From Elsinoe ampelina (taxonomy: Eukaryota), in NCBI GenBank assembly GCA_010093995.1, contig ML992511.1, forward strand, positions 701,516-765,515: DNA of 64,000 nucleotides. The letters are read 5' to 3'. Made by a program: the position numbers and the translations under genes. Every line of letters begins with the position of its first letter. The stretch's first letter is position 1. The notes below the pieces were generated by a model. The model ran no database searches. It saw only the letters and a program-made list of their open reading frames with translations, and was not told where the DNA came from. Shown in pieces: positions 1 to 12,899 of this stretch.

Positions 1-92
1 AAGATAGTAAATTTAAGGCTAAAGGCCCTCTTATTATTACTCCTAAGGAATCTAATTTTAAAGCTAAGATTGCTTTTAATATAAGTAATTAT

Positions 93-295
93 TGTTAAGT
101 AGAAGGCACGTTTAAGAGTAGAATATTATATGGAACTAATTACACACTAGTTAGGTAATAGACAAGTTAATTAATTAAAAAGAGTCTATCTACTAGAAGA
201 AAGAACAGCTATAAATCCCTAGGCCTTAGCATTATATAACTTAAAGTTATATAACTTTATAGCCTAATTATCTAGAGAGAGCTATATTCTTAATA
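93..295 (-). repeat. 3' LTR of inner copia element
   Basis: Begins TGTTAAG and ends TAATA (RIPed TGTTG...CAACA); near-identical to 5252-5454; followed by CTCCTACTTAGCTCC (minus-strand polypurine tract). Confidence 0.93.
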
Positions 296-3200
296 CTCCT
301 ACTTAGCTCCTATAGATAAGCTATTAGGTTAATAATAAGCTAAGTTACTTTATAAACCTTATAAAGATCTAACCTTATAATAGCTTAGTTAACCTATTAG
401 CTACTATGTCTACTGTCCTTATAAACTCTACTTAAATCCTCTAGTCCCTCTATAGCCTCCTAACGTAGTAGTAAGTAATATTAATATGCTTTGCCCTTTT
501 ATAAGTGTATAGCTCTTTTACAAGTAAAAGAGCTACTTAGTTATTACTATTAATCCTAGTAGTAAAGAGTAATTTTATTATTACTTTCTAAGATTCCTTT
601 ATAGTTAGCCTCTATAGTAATTGCCTAACTATCTTATAATAGCCTATATCTCTTAGTAACTAAGACAGGAACTATAATCTCTTTATATAAGAGTATATTA
701 CTATATATTTAGCTTCTATAGTAGAGGTTAAAATAGACTTCTACTTCTTACTTATCTAGCTAATAGAACTACCTATAAGTATAAAGACATATCTAAGGAT
801 AGAAACTCTATCTAACTTATCTAAGGCATAATCTAAATTAGAGTATCTCTTAAGAGTCTTACCTCTATTCTTCCTAAATATAATACTAAGATCTTTAGTT
901 AATCTAATATATCTTAATATTCTCTTTATCTTAATAGTATAACTATCTATTAGATCTACTATAAACTAACTTAGCCTTCCTAAGGCAAAGGTAGTATCTA
1001 GCCTTATTAGGGTACTAAGGTATATCTAGCTTCTAATAGTATATAAATATTTAGTCCTACTAAACCTTATATTATTTTCCTAAGCTCTCTAAGGAAGCTT
1101 ATTATCTATTAGTTACTTTATAGAAGTAACCTTGTTAGAGGTTATATTAAGCCTCTATAGCATATTATCTACATAGTAGGTTTAATTAAGTCTTAAAGTG
1201 CCTTATTATCTATCCCTTATAATCTTAACCCTAAGAACTTTATTAACCTTACTAAGATCTTTAATCTTAAAGATCTTACTAAGTTCTTACTTAAACTACT
1301 AGATGTTCTTTTTACTTTATGCTATAAATAGTATATTATTAATATAAACTAAGAGAATAATCTTCTTATTATAGTATATAAGAAGATAGAGATCTACTTT
1401 ACTCTAAGTAAAGCCTAGCTTTAGAAGCTTAGAGATATAGTACTAGTTCTAGTCTCTAGTAGCTTACTTAAGTCTATATAAGCTCCTTAAAATCCGAAAG
1501 GTAAATCTAGGACTAACCTTTAGTCTAGGTAGTAGCCTTATATAGATCCTTTTATAAAGAAAGAACTTTATAAAGGTGTTATTAATATCTACCTAGTGAC
1601 ACTTAAGGTTATATATATAAATAATAGCGAAGAATAGCCTAAGTGTATCTACTCTAACTATTAGTATAAATATATCTTTATAGTTAATACTATACTTCTA
1701 TAAGAAGCCTCTAGTAACTAGTCTAGCCTTACACTTTTTAATAGAGCTATCTATGTTATACTTAACATTAAAGACCTATTTAGATATTACTAAGTTAAAT
1801 CTCTTTAGAGGAACAACCTTTTCCTATATATTATTTAAGTATAGAGTATTAAGCTTTATATTAATTACTTTCTGCTATTTACTTCCCTATACTAGATTAG
1901 TAATAGCCTTATAGTAGTCCTTTAGGATTAGGACATGTTACTTAATAAAGGCTATTATAGTAATCTTATTAACCTTATCTTACTAATTAATATACTTAGT
2001 AATAAAAGCTCTATAGTACTTAGCTTTAGAGCCTTTATTATTAGAGTTATTATCTCTTAATCTCTTAAGTAATTAACTTATATAGTTAGTTAGTAAAGAT
2101 TAAACTACTAGCTCTTCTCTACATTAGAAATCTATAAGGTTAATAGGGTTAACCCTTAGAATCTCAATATATAAGAAGATTCTCCCTATAGGTACTTTAT
2201 TCTAGATAGGCTAATTTAGTTAGTCTATCCTAGATTTAACCTTAGTCTAAATCTAAGTTAGTCTACTAACTAGTCTCCTAACTAGTACTTAATTACTTAT
2301 AGTATTAATTCTAATACTAAGATTAATATTACTACCTTTCTTAAACTTAGAGAATTTAATATTTAGTAATATAATTACTGCCTTTCTATTAGGAGCCTAT
2401 ATCTTATATATTCTGTTAGATCTATCTATATAGCTAAGAAATACTTCTACTCTTCCTCTGTCTATAAGCTTATCCTTTCTTCTATATATAGAAAGGAACT
2501 TTAGGTTTATATAGGTATATACCTTATAGCTCTAGACCCTAATATAATTAACTAATAGCTTAATACCTATATAGGCCTTAATAGGTGTAACTTACTTATT
2601 ATTAATTATAGGTCTAGTTACTGTCCTATTCCTTAGATATATATCTACTTAAACTGCTTTAGGCTAGAACTTATTTAGCATCTTTAAGTCCTTAAGTATT
2701 ACTCTTATACTATTCTTTAAGGTTTAGATGCCTTTCTCTACTAGTCTATTCTAAATTAAATTATATAGCTTAGTAGTTGTATAATAGATACCTTCTTAGC
2801 GCTCTTACTACTTTAGGATCTTATTAAGTTTACTAGTATTATCTAATCTAGTAACTTTAACTTTAGTATTACTCTTCTTCTTAACCCTTAGCTTCTACTT
2901 AATAAGCCTTTATAGAGCTTTATCTCTTATCTTAAGTAGTATAATCTATATTATCCTTAAGTAGCTATCTATAAGCTTAAGGAAGTATCTAAATCCTTCC
3001 CTACTTGCTTTAATAGGACTATAGATATCTATATAGATAAGCTAAAGAACCTTAAGTCTTCTTTATAAGGTTTTACCTCTTCTATTCCTTATCTTTATAA
3101 AGGAATAGACCTTATATAGAATAGATAGATTATAGTTTAGGTTAATAAGTTTCTTAAGAGTTATAACTTTATAAAGATCCTTAAGCTTCTTAATCCTAAG

Positions 3201-5237
3201 GTAAGTAAATCTCCTATACTAGAGCTAATACTCTATCTTAGAGTTATTAAGTCCTAAGTTAATAAGATTCTCTTATTACTTATCCTAGGTTAGATATATA
3301 TACTTAATCTATAATATAATTATAAGCTAGGTAGTAAAAAATACTAAATCCTAATTAGCTAGATCTAGAATTAAGCCGGGCTTAGATCTAGAATGTGGCT
3401 TTTAATTAGCTAATTACTTAAAGAGGAATTAGATAATATATATCCCCCTTTAAATTTTAGCTTTAAGTAGTAGTTACTTCTACTAATTAAGGACAAGAAA
3501 AGAATTTAAATTAAGAACTCTAGAAACTTCTAAATCTAAGTATAGCTTATAATAGAAGACTAAATTTATACTAAGATTAGGTACATAGAGAGCCTATACC
3601 TTTATCTTATCTCCCTTCTTAATCTTAATAATTATAGTTCCTATTAACTATAACTAAAAGTAACTCTCCTTAACCTAGATCTATTAAGTATAAATCTTGC
3701 TTAATAGGCCTCTAAAGAGAGTTAGCTTATCTATTATATAGTTAGATACTCTAGAGTTAAGTATCTACTAATAATATAGAAGCTTACCTTAAATCTCTAA
3801 TATAGAACTTATAGTTTTAAGCTTTTTATCCCTAGATAGAACTTCTAGTAGTAGAGATAGAGATATTAATAATAAACCTCCCTTAGTAGCTAGATAGGCT
3901 TTGTCTCTCCTTCTTGATTTAGCTACTTTAAGAGAGTCTATTCTCTTAGTAAGCTATCTTATAAGTTTAAGTAGTTTCTAGCGCTTAGGTAACTATCTCC
4001 TTAGGGAGCTACTTCTTTTAGTAACTCTATAGAATAGCTAGATATACTTCTTAGCTTATTAGAGATAAGAATACCTTAATATAGAGTATCTAGGTTCCTT
4101 ATATAAGATATATATATAGTTTAAGCTCCTACTAGTTCCCTATTATAGTCTACCTCTTATAAATATAGTAGATTCCCCTTCTCTCTTCTATACTTTCTTT
4201 TCTTTAAGAATGTTATAGATCTTATCTATACTAAGGTATAGTTAAGTATCTAAAGCATCTCTTATAGTTAACTATAAAGCTAGAAGAGTACTAAGTAGTC
4301 TCTAAATTCTTATTATTAGTAAGGAGTATTACTTAATCTTTAAAGATCTATTAATTCTCCTTTCTAATATAGTTAGGTATAACTAGGCATCTAAGATAGT
4401 TATATTATTACCTATAGTATATATTATAAACTCTTTCTAAAGTTGTCTTACCTATATACCTATCTACTTTATATACTTACTCTTTAGCTTCTCCTAAGCT
4501 AGTTTAGCTTACTACTATTTCTAAATTATCTTTTAATCTCTCTTAGAGATATATCTATAGATCTAGTAAAGAGTAGTACTATTCTCCTCTACTAATAGAG
4601 AAGAATACTAAGAGTTAAATAAGGAAGTTAATAATAACTCTAGAGTTATTACTAATAGTTTAGTAAGAGAAGTAAGAGTCTATAATACTTTCTTTAATAT
4701 AAGCTAGAGCTCTATTTATTAGAACTACTTCTTATAGTTGTCTTTAGAGAGTATAGACACTAGCTACCTTAATTAGGTATTATTATTTTCTATAGCTAAA
4801 GATAAGTTCTAGAGTAGAAAAGAACTTTATAAATAAATAAATAAAGGTTAGAATCTAGAGGTTAATAACCTTTAAGTTAATTCTTCTAGGTGTTAAGATC
4901 TCTATACTAGTCTTAACTAGATAATTATTAATAAGATTAATAAGTGCTTAATCTTAAGAGAGAAAATAGTAATAAAACAAATATTATTTAGTTGTTTATA
5001 GCTAATAAATAGCAGCTATTATACAATTATAGAAATAAATCTATAGTAGACGTCTTAATACGTCTTACTTAATATACTAAGTAACTAGTCTTTTACGCTT
5101 TATACTGCCTCTACTAATCTATTTAAGATTAAGATAATAAAGGAGAAACGAAGGAGAATACTAATAGAATCTAGTCTAATTTTAATAACGTAGATACTTA
5201 ACTACAGTATATATAATTCTATACTTGTGCTATAGCT

Positions 5238-5251
5238 CCGGGCTTATAACC
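5238..5251 (-). promoter_or_regulatory. Primer-binding site, copia half-tRNAi-Met type
   Basis: Minus strand GGTTATAAGCCCGG directly inside the LTR; RIPed match to the GGTTATGRGCCC PBS used by copia-type elements primed by a tRNAi-Met fragment. Confidence 0.75.
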
Positions 5252-5454
5252 TATTAAGTAGAAGGCACGTTTAGGGGTAGAATATTATATAGAACTAATC
5301 GTACACTAGTTAGGTAATAGACGAGTTAATTAATTAAAAGAAGTCTATCTACTAGAAGAAAGAACAGCTATAAATCCCTAGGCCTTAGTATTATATAACT
5401 TAAGGTTATATAACTTTATAGCCTAATTATCTAGAGAGAGCTATATTCTTAATA
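5252..5454 (-). repeat. 5' LTR of inner copia element
   Basis: Direct repeat of 93-295; abuts the primer-binding site. Confidence 0.93.
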
Positions 5455-5459
5455 ATTAT

Positions 5460-6896
5460 CTTAATATAGATTTTATTAATCTTATATCTATAAGTATAGG
5501 TAGTAACTAGTTAATAGTTAGTAGTTCTATAAGTAAAGTAGCTTATATATCTTACCTTATTATAGCTAGTAAATCTATTAATAATAATATTAAAGGTAGT
5601 TCTCTTAAATAGCTTTAATATAGCAAGTTTAGTATTAGAGCTCCTTAATATAATCTACTAAGCATTTAATAGCTTATAAGTCTAATATAAAGACCTAAGA
5701 TAAATTAATTAAGCTAAACTAAGCTTAGTTAGAGTTAGTTTACTACTAACTATAGTAGTTAGAAGGTAATTAATAGACTCTAAGCTTAGATAGTCTATAA
5801 CTTTATACTAAGATTAATTAGTCCTTATAGTGACTATAGTAAATACTAATAGTAGACAATTATTATTATTCCTTAATACTATAGTAGTAACATTAAGAAC
5901 TTTAGAGTTATTCTTAAGGATATATTAGTTATACTTTAGTATAACTAAGAAGAGCACTCTTCCTTTATAGCTAATCTCTATAGTTTAAGTGTTCTAGTAG
6001 ACTCTACTATTAATAAACCTCCTAAGGCTAACTAGATTAGTTATAATTAATAGTATATAGGCTACCTTTATAAGATAGATAGTTATAGGCTTTCCTTTAT
6101 AAAGAGCTATAATATTAATAGTTCTCTAACTCTTAATACTAAGTAAGGTATTACTATAGAATAGCTTCTTATAAGGTTCTATAATTCTAGTAACCTTATA
6201 TCTATCCTTTATAGTATAATTATAGATATAATTAGTTACTCTAGAATCTAGTATCTATAAGCTAAAGATGTTACTAGTAGCTAAAATAAATACTAAGTGT
6301 AATCTAATAGTAATAGCTATATTAATTAACAATAGTAGAGTTAACTCCTTCTAATATTATACTTCCTTAGTAATAGAAGCCTTAATTCTCTCTTTAAAAG
6401 TCTTATTATTTAGCCTCTATTTAACCTTCTTTATAGTCTACTAGTTTAGCATCTATCCTTCTAGCCTTAGATACTTATTTAAGTAATAGCACTTAATCTA
6501 CTTATACTAGCCTTAGTATATATATTTAAGCTCTCTAGAGGAACTAGGTTTCTTATAAAGAATATCCTTAGTAGCTATAGAGAAAGCTATAGCTCCCTTA
6601 CTAGCCTTTATAGTACTATATAGCTTATAGAGTTTATAAAACTATCTAAACTTAGTAATTAGTTTAAGCATAGTTAGTAGAGTTAGTAAATCTAGATTAA
6701 TAAGGTACTTATTAGTAAATACTAGTTTAGCCTTTAAGATAGAGAGTAAGAAGTCTCTCTATAGCCTTAAGCCTTAAGCTTCTAGTAGATTATAGTTCCT
6801 AGCCTTGTCTATGACCTCTTTCTATTACTAAAGCTAATAGTCTATATTCTATAAGGAAGAGCTAGATAGCTACTTCCTCTAGAGTACTTTAACCTT
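5460..6896 (-). mobile_element. Outer Ty1/copia element: gag C-terminus, protease, start of integrase (continues at 1-87 beyond the inner insertion)
   Basis: Minus strand S-L-W(*)-I-L-D-S-G-x-T protease motif at ~6230-6263; Cys/His knuckle relic at ~6480-6527; gag-like frame stops abruptly at 6896. Confidence 0.8.
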
Positions 6897-6978
6897 CGTT
6901 ACGAAAGTCCTAAGTGTAAGGAGTTAGAATATTAAGTTTCTCCGTATTAAACTAAGTTTAACTACGTTAGGTCGCTAC

Positions 6979-7080
6979 AAACGCACTACACCTATCTAAA
7001 TTTAGTTAAACGTACTATACCTACCTAATTTTAGTTAAACGCACTATACGTGCCTTAGATTAGATAAACGCTCTACTTGC
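6979..7080 (+). repeat. Subterminal 29-bp tandem repeat, ~3.5 copies
   Basis: AAACG(C/T)(A/T)CTA units start at 6979, 7008, 7037 and 7066 (exact 29-bp period). Confidence 0.85.
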
Positions 7081-8999
7081 CGCGACTAGAATAGATATAG
7101 AAATCAACAAGCATCTTCTAGAGAGAGCCCTCTAAGCTAGTGTTATTATAGATCTTATCTACTAGATAGAGGGGGAGTATATACTCTACATTATCGGAGC
7201 TTAGTATAGAAGCGCTTTTGCTATAATAGGAAAGTAGACATTATACGCCTTGTTCTCTAGCTTATAACATAAAACCCTAAACTAATATATACTTATTCTA
7301 ACTCTATTTTATCGTCTCTACTTAGTTGTCTATTAAGGTGTTAGATATCTCTAAAGACAAGCACTTTCGCGTAACTATATAGCTAGCGACAAAGGTTAAC
7401 ACTAACGAAAAGCGCCTCTATTGCCCTATAGCCTACAAGTTCTACTATCTAGCGGCCTATATTATTGACAATATAAAACAAGCTTATAGAGGGGCATTTA
7501 TAACTTAGGCTTATAGATACGAGAAAGCTTTTCCTAAGAAGAACTTAATTATTATAGCTAAGTACAGTTACAACATTAAGTATAAATACCTATAGACCTA
7601 TTCTAGTACTTAGAAGTTGTTAGTAACGTAGGAAGAGAATAACGATAAGAGCTAGATATACTATATTAATAGTGGCTATAGTAGCGAGGCTATAGCCTAT
7701 TCTAAGAAGATTAACACTAACACGGATAGGTGTAGGAAATATAATAGACATTTAGTTTAGGCTAAGCTAATCCCTCGTCTACTAACACGGAATAGTATAC
7801 CTACTAGAAGGATAATTCTAAGGCTACGAAAGACTACCTAGAAAAGTAAGGTCCGATAGATATTAGTATAGTATCTAAGTAGCCCCGGAGATAGTACTAA
7901 GGATATAGTAGTCTAAACAACAGCTCGAAGGTAGTTATAGTAGAGAAGTAAATACTCTTTCTAGAAAGTTTAAGATCTACCTCGACTATCTATCTATAAG
8001 GTTATTAGCAAGGAGATAATTAGTAATAATAAGAGGCTTCTTTCGCTTCTTACCCTTCTCCTCTACCTTGCCGAGCTTAATACTAGTATAGCTATAGACA
8101 CTAGCGAAGATAGGGGTAGTACGCTTCTTACCTTACCGGCTCTTAGCGCTAGTTATAGCAGTCGTCGGAGAGGTAATAGAGGCAGTATTCGGGTTAAGAT
8201 CGTAGCACTTTATTGCTATATATTAAAGATAAGGTTACTCCAACGCGTACTAAGCTTCTAGTAATAACCCGTAGTTATAGCTATATACGAGTAATAGTAG
8301 TTATAGAGGGAGTAGTAGTAGTAGCTTCGGTTACGGTGTACCTTACTATAGTAGAGAGCAAGGAGAAAGGTATAGAGAAGAAAGAGAGTATCTCTCTCTC
8401 GGAGGTAGATACAATAATACTTTTTCCTACTATATCCCGCTACTCTACTATTACTACTACTAAGTAGTAGTTGTAGTAATAGCGCATGTAGGATAATCTA
8501 GTATATAATCTTATAGACAGGATTTGTCGTATATATATTATATACTAATAATCTTACGAGGAAATACTTATAACCTACGTAGATATAGAGGAGACTTTAG
8601 AGAATAAGGAAGAGGCTACTCGCCGTACTAAAGGGTAGCTTCTTCCTTAACTCGTTTCCCGCGTATAGTATATATATAGAGATTAATAAGAATATTCTCT
8701 AGTAGGTCTTCTAAGCCGGTGTTATTATAGATCTTATCTATTAGATAGAAAGAAATAAGTCCTTAGTAACTACTCTAGTAGCATCGAGTAGATCCCTGCA
8801 ATATAATAGCAAATAGAGTAAAGTACTATCGTCTATATCGGAGTCTTATTAGTAAACTTATTATAGAGAATAAACTTTCCTCTTAGACTACTAACTCCGT
8901 TAGTGAAACTAACCTAAAGATAACTTACTAACCTAAGCCTTTTACTACTATTGCTAAATACTTAAAGTATATCTTAAGCATCTTAAAGACTAACTTCTA

Positions 9000-11900
9000 T
9001 AACGCCTCGCTATAATTTCCTAAGCTATTATAATTAGTAAAGGAATAGACTAACTCTTTAGCGTAAAAACTATATAAGGTACCTTAAGCTACAAACCCTA
9101 TATAGTTTAGGGACTAACCTAATAATATATAGGTATAAACTAACTAGTTAGAGTAATACCTACGGAAGTTATTATAACTCGCCTACCTAACATAGTCTAG
9201 TAGTAAACCTAAGTATACCTAAGTGTTAGGCCGTTAATATAAGAGATAATTGTTCTAGCTACGAAAGGAGTACTCTAGCTTCGTTAATGCCTACTACGCT
9301 TACTAACTATGCCTAGAGATCTTAACCTCTCTCGTTTTAAAGCCTTAGCTAAGTAGAGCTATTTAGACTTCTATAACTTATTCTATAGCATATTATATAT
9401 GTTAAAGTCGGCTATGTTATTAATGTATATCCGGCTATATAGCTTCGTTTTATCTACTAGTATAACGTAGATACTATAGTAGATTTATAAGGTAGAGTAG
9501 ACACGCCTACTAGTAAGGGCGTTCTATCTAGCTCGCGCGCGTCGATTTGTCTAAGGCTTAATTAGTGTTATACTATACTCTTAATTAGCTACTCTATCCG
9601 GCTAAGTAGGCTAATATAGATCTACTAGCGCTCCTATGTAGTATAGGCGTTAACGCTAGCCCGATCTACTAGACTAGAAGCTATCCTCTATAGTTATTAT
9701 AAATATAATACGAGCTAGTAACTTACCTTATAGGCTATTAGGTAATACTCCGTTAGTACCTTCGTTGTTTATTGTCTATTCTTACACCTAGAGCTAGTCT
9801 TGCCTCTTATTGCTACGTATCCTTTGCTATTTAGTTATACACTAGATAAAGTCTTATTCGTCTATATTAGAATTATTATAATTATAGTCGGATAGTTTTC
9901 TACACTTTAAAGAATAGTAGAACTTAACGCGGAGGTCGCTTACCTAGGAAGAATCTAGTTTAAGTCTGTTAGGATCTAGTTTAGCGTTAAACTAATTAGG
10001 GTATTTAGTTCTCGAGTTAGAGCCTATATCGGCTATACCTTAACGAGCCTCGCGGATAAACACCGCTATTACTTACTATAGCAATAGCCTAGGTAGCATG
10101 TTAATAAGCGCCTCTAGTTCTCTTACTATACGCTATATAGCTCCCCTCTTAGCGCTAGGCTAGCTAAACTAAGAAGTAACATTTACTATATCGCTTACAC
10201 TAACTAGCGTACTCTAGATCTTAATTAGTTTAGTAGCCGATAGCCTAACTAACTTCGAGGGGTTGTCGAATACTACTAATATATTTACTAGTTTAGTGTT
10301 ATAAGTAGTAACTTAGTCTTCCTATCTAGCCTTCTTATTCGTAAGTTTAAAGGCGTCCTTAATAAAGCATATATAATTATGCTCTAAATAATTAGAATTA
10401 AGGCTAGTAACTACTTTAAAATTATAAATAGCCTTTGAAAAATGTGTTATTAAGTACTATTTCGGAAAGTTAAAGTTACTTTCTTCTTTTCTGTCGCTAT
10501 AATAGGCCTAGAAGGTTTCTTTATACTTGTTTATCCTAAAGAGCGCAAGGTTAATATACTAGAGTATGTCGTTGTTGTAGGTCTTATAGTTTACTAGTAA
10601 TATAAAGTCGACTAGTGCGCGTATAAACTTAATAGCTTAAGGCGCCTTAACCTCCTTAAGTAGTAGTATAAATACTAGAAGTATCTAGTACACGATACTC
10701 TTCTACTCTTAACCTGTCTATTGCTTAACAGCTAAGTAGTACGAGAAGTGTCGAATGCTAAGAAACACTAGTATACTATTAAAACGCTTATTAATAATAT
10801 TAAGTATAATCTTCTTTGCTAAGCGCTAGTAGCCTATTCGCTATATAGTCTCTCTAGCCTTTATATACTATAGTAATCTCTATATAGGTATTAAATCCTA
10901 GAGCAATTTTCGAGTCTAGTATAAGACATATATTAAAACGCCTTTAAGAAGTTAGTATAGAATATCTAGTACTATTGCGTAGTAAATATTAGTATACGGA
11001 AGATCCTACGTAAAGTAACTAACTATATAAACCTAAGAGCTTATATCTATCTTCTCGCCCTGCTACTAACTCTTACGTGCTTCTCTCTATAAGCGCTATT
11101 ATTACTACGTAGAGTAGTAAGTTCGGAACAGCGTAGTAACTACTAGGTTCTTCCTTTTGTCCTTACTAATTAGGTAACTTATATAATAATATAGTAACTT
11201 TACACTAGTTATAGTAACCTATTCGGTGTAATTCGTAGGCATAGTAGTAAGTATAGAGAAGTACCTCTACCTCTTTCTATCCGTATAGGAGATTATTTTA
11301 CTCCCTCTTAAGTAGCAATTAATAACAGCGTTAAAGATTTTCTTTATGTAAGTATAGTAGGTCTTCTCCTTAACAATATTACTACTATCTTTAATAATAG
11401 AAAGTAAGCCGATTAGTAACTACCCTAGCTAGTAGTTGCTATTACGTGCTTCTACCTTTAGGTTGCCTAATAATAGATAGATAGCATATGCTATAAGATC
11501 TTCTTAATGGTTTATTACCTAGGTCTAATTACTCGCGACGATTAATAGAATAATAGTAGCCCCTAGTATTCTAAGTCGCTTTTGTGTGTCCTACTACTAG
11601 TTGCCGCTTACTATTTTAGTATATACTTGTTGTAGCGGCTTACTCTCGATAGCTTCTATAAAGACTCTATATAGGCTATAGTCTATGTCTACTGCGAAAC
11701 TGTAATAGCTAAGTAAGAAGCGTATCGCTATAAGAATATCTAGATACTAGAACGTGTATCTTTTAGGCCTACGATTAGTGTTTAGTATAAAGCTCGAGGT
11801 CTGCTAGCTATTAATACCCCCGCCTATATCTAAATTCTCTATCTTCTCTATTAGTTCATTCGTAGTTCGCTAACTAAGGCTCTCTACTAGAGGTTATATG

Positions 11901-12850
11901 CGTAGGTCTTTAAGCAATTACGTAATTATAGCTCTACTAAGTTTCTCCTTTATAAGCTACTAGGTAAGACCTACGTCTATGCTACTATTAAAAGCTTCCT
12001 TTAGTTAAGTCTCGCCTAACTAATTATAATTTAGTTTATCGTCGGTGTTAGTATATATATTATAGACTTAGGGAGATCTAGACAAGATTAGTCGACGCAA
12101 ACTAAGGATAAACTATATCTATAACTAACTCTTCGCTACTAGCCGGTATACTAGTAGCTATCTCGAACGTAGTACAATCGGATATAGCTTTACTAGATAA
12201 GGACAACCTCCTAGTACTCTACTCTATAGACGTGCTACTAGTTATACTTGCCGTAATTACTTACTCTTCCTCGTATATGCCTCCTATTATAACCTTATCT
12301 ATGCCCTCCTCTTCCTCGTACACGTCGCTATTAAGCCTACTATTACTATTACTGTCTATTCTACATACTAGAGGTCGAGGGTTAAGGTTAGTAAAGAGAC
12401 TAAGAGGATTGTCCGCTATACTATACTATATAGTAGGCAAAGAGAGAAGAATATTCTCTACTAGCTATAGACTTTTATTTCTACCTTAGTGTTTAGTTTA
12501 ATTCTTAGTTACTGTTATTCGTAGCGGAGTAAAGTAGACTAGTAGGTTATTTAGCATCGGCGGACTATGTTGTATATTACTAGTAATACTACCTCGTCGG
12601 CCTTTATTAGATAGTAAGCGCTCTCTCTTATTAAACAAGTAAGGATTATTACTAGCGTTATCTCTACGTAGATGTCTATCGCTACGTTACTTTAGTAAGA
12701 CTTATACTATATTACTTATTAGTAGCTCTCTCCTCTAGTAATATAGTAGATATTAGACAAGGCCTCTACTAGATTATATAATCTTCCCGTAGGCTAAGTA
12801 TTTACTAATTTGCCTTAGTATGTCCGTGTTTGTCGCTTAAGATCTAAATT
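9000..12850 (-). pseudogene. Plavaka-type (CACTA/CMC-related) transposase, RIP-inactivated
   Basis: De-RIPed minus-strand motifs: N-terminal CxxC...H finger (~12750-12810), SGNWWWDTQ (~11582-11608), GATIxPLIVASDQTQ (~11515-11563), AYAIYLSLGNL (~11460-11490), PDILHQLLKGVF (~10935-10972), RF..P.FPGIRHF...KQWTGQEQK (~10700-10795), FNFPKxHL (~10445-10478). Ends approximate. Confidence 0.85.
12055..12570. repeat. ~510-bp repeat copy 1 (Plavaka N-terminal region)
   Basis: Highly similar to 19407-19918, differing mostly by C/T and G/A transitions; also visible as near-identical ORFs 12232 and 19584 in the track. Confidence 0.9.
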
Positions 12851-12899
12851 TATAGTTAGAGTTAGCTAGCTAAATTTTAGTAATAGTAGAAAGTAAGAA

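Larger units (their letters stand above)
93..5454 (-). mobile_element. Full-length Ty1/copia LTR retrotransposon, RIP-inactivated
   Basis: Two 203-bp direct repeats (93-295, 5252-5454) flanked by ATTAT at 88-92 and 5455-5459. Minus-strand relics in copia order: protease W-I-L-D-S-G (~3740-3768), integrase L-I-H-x-D-I-x-G-P (~3015-3050), RT KARLVxRGF (~1700-1730), LYGLKQA (~1460-1490), YVDD (~1330-1350), RNase H WxSKKQKSISTSTxEAEY (~700-760). Confidence 0.95.

Noticed and set aside
6979..7080. 29-bp periodic repeat as a CRISPR array
   Set aside because: No unique spacers, no cas genes, eukaryotic context.
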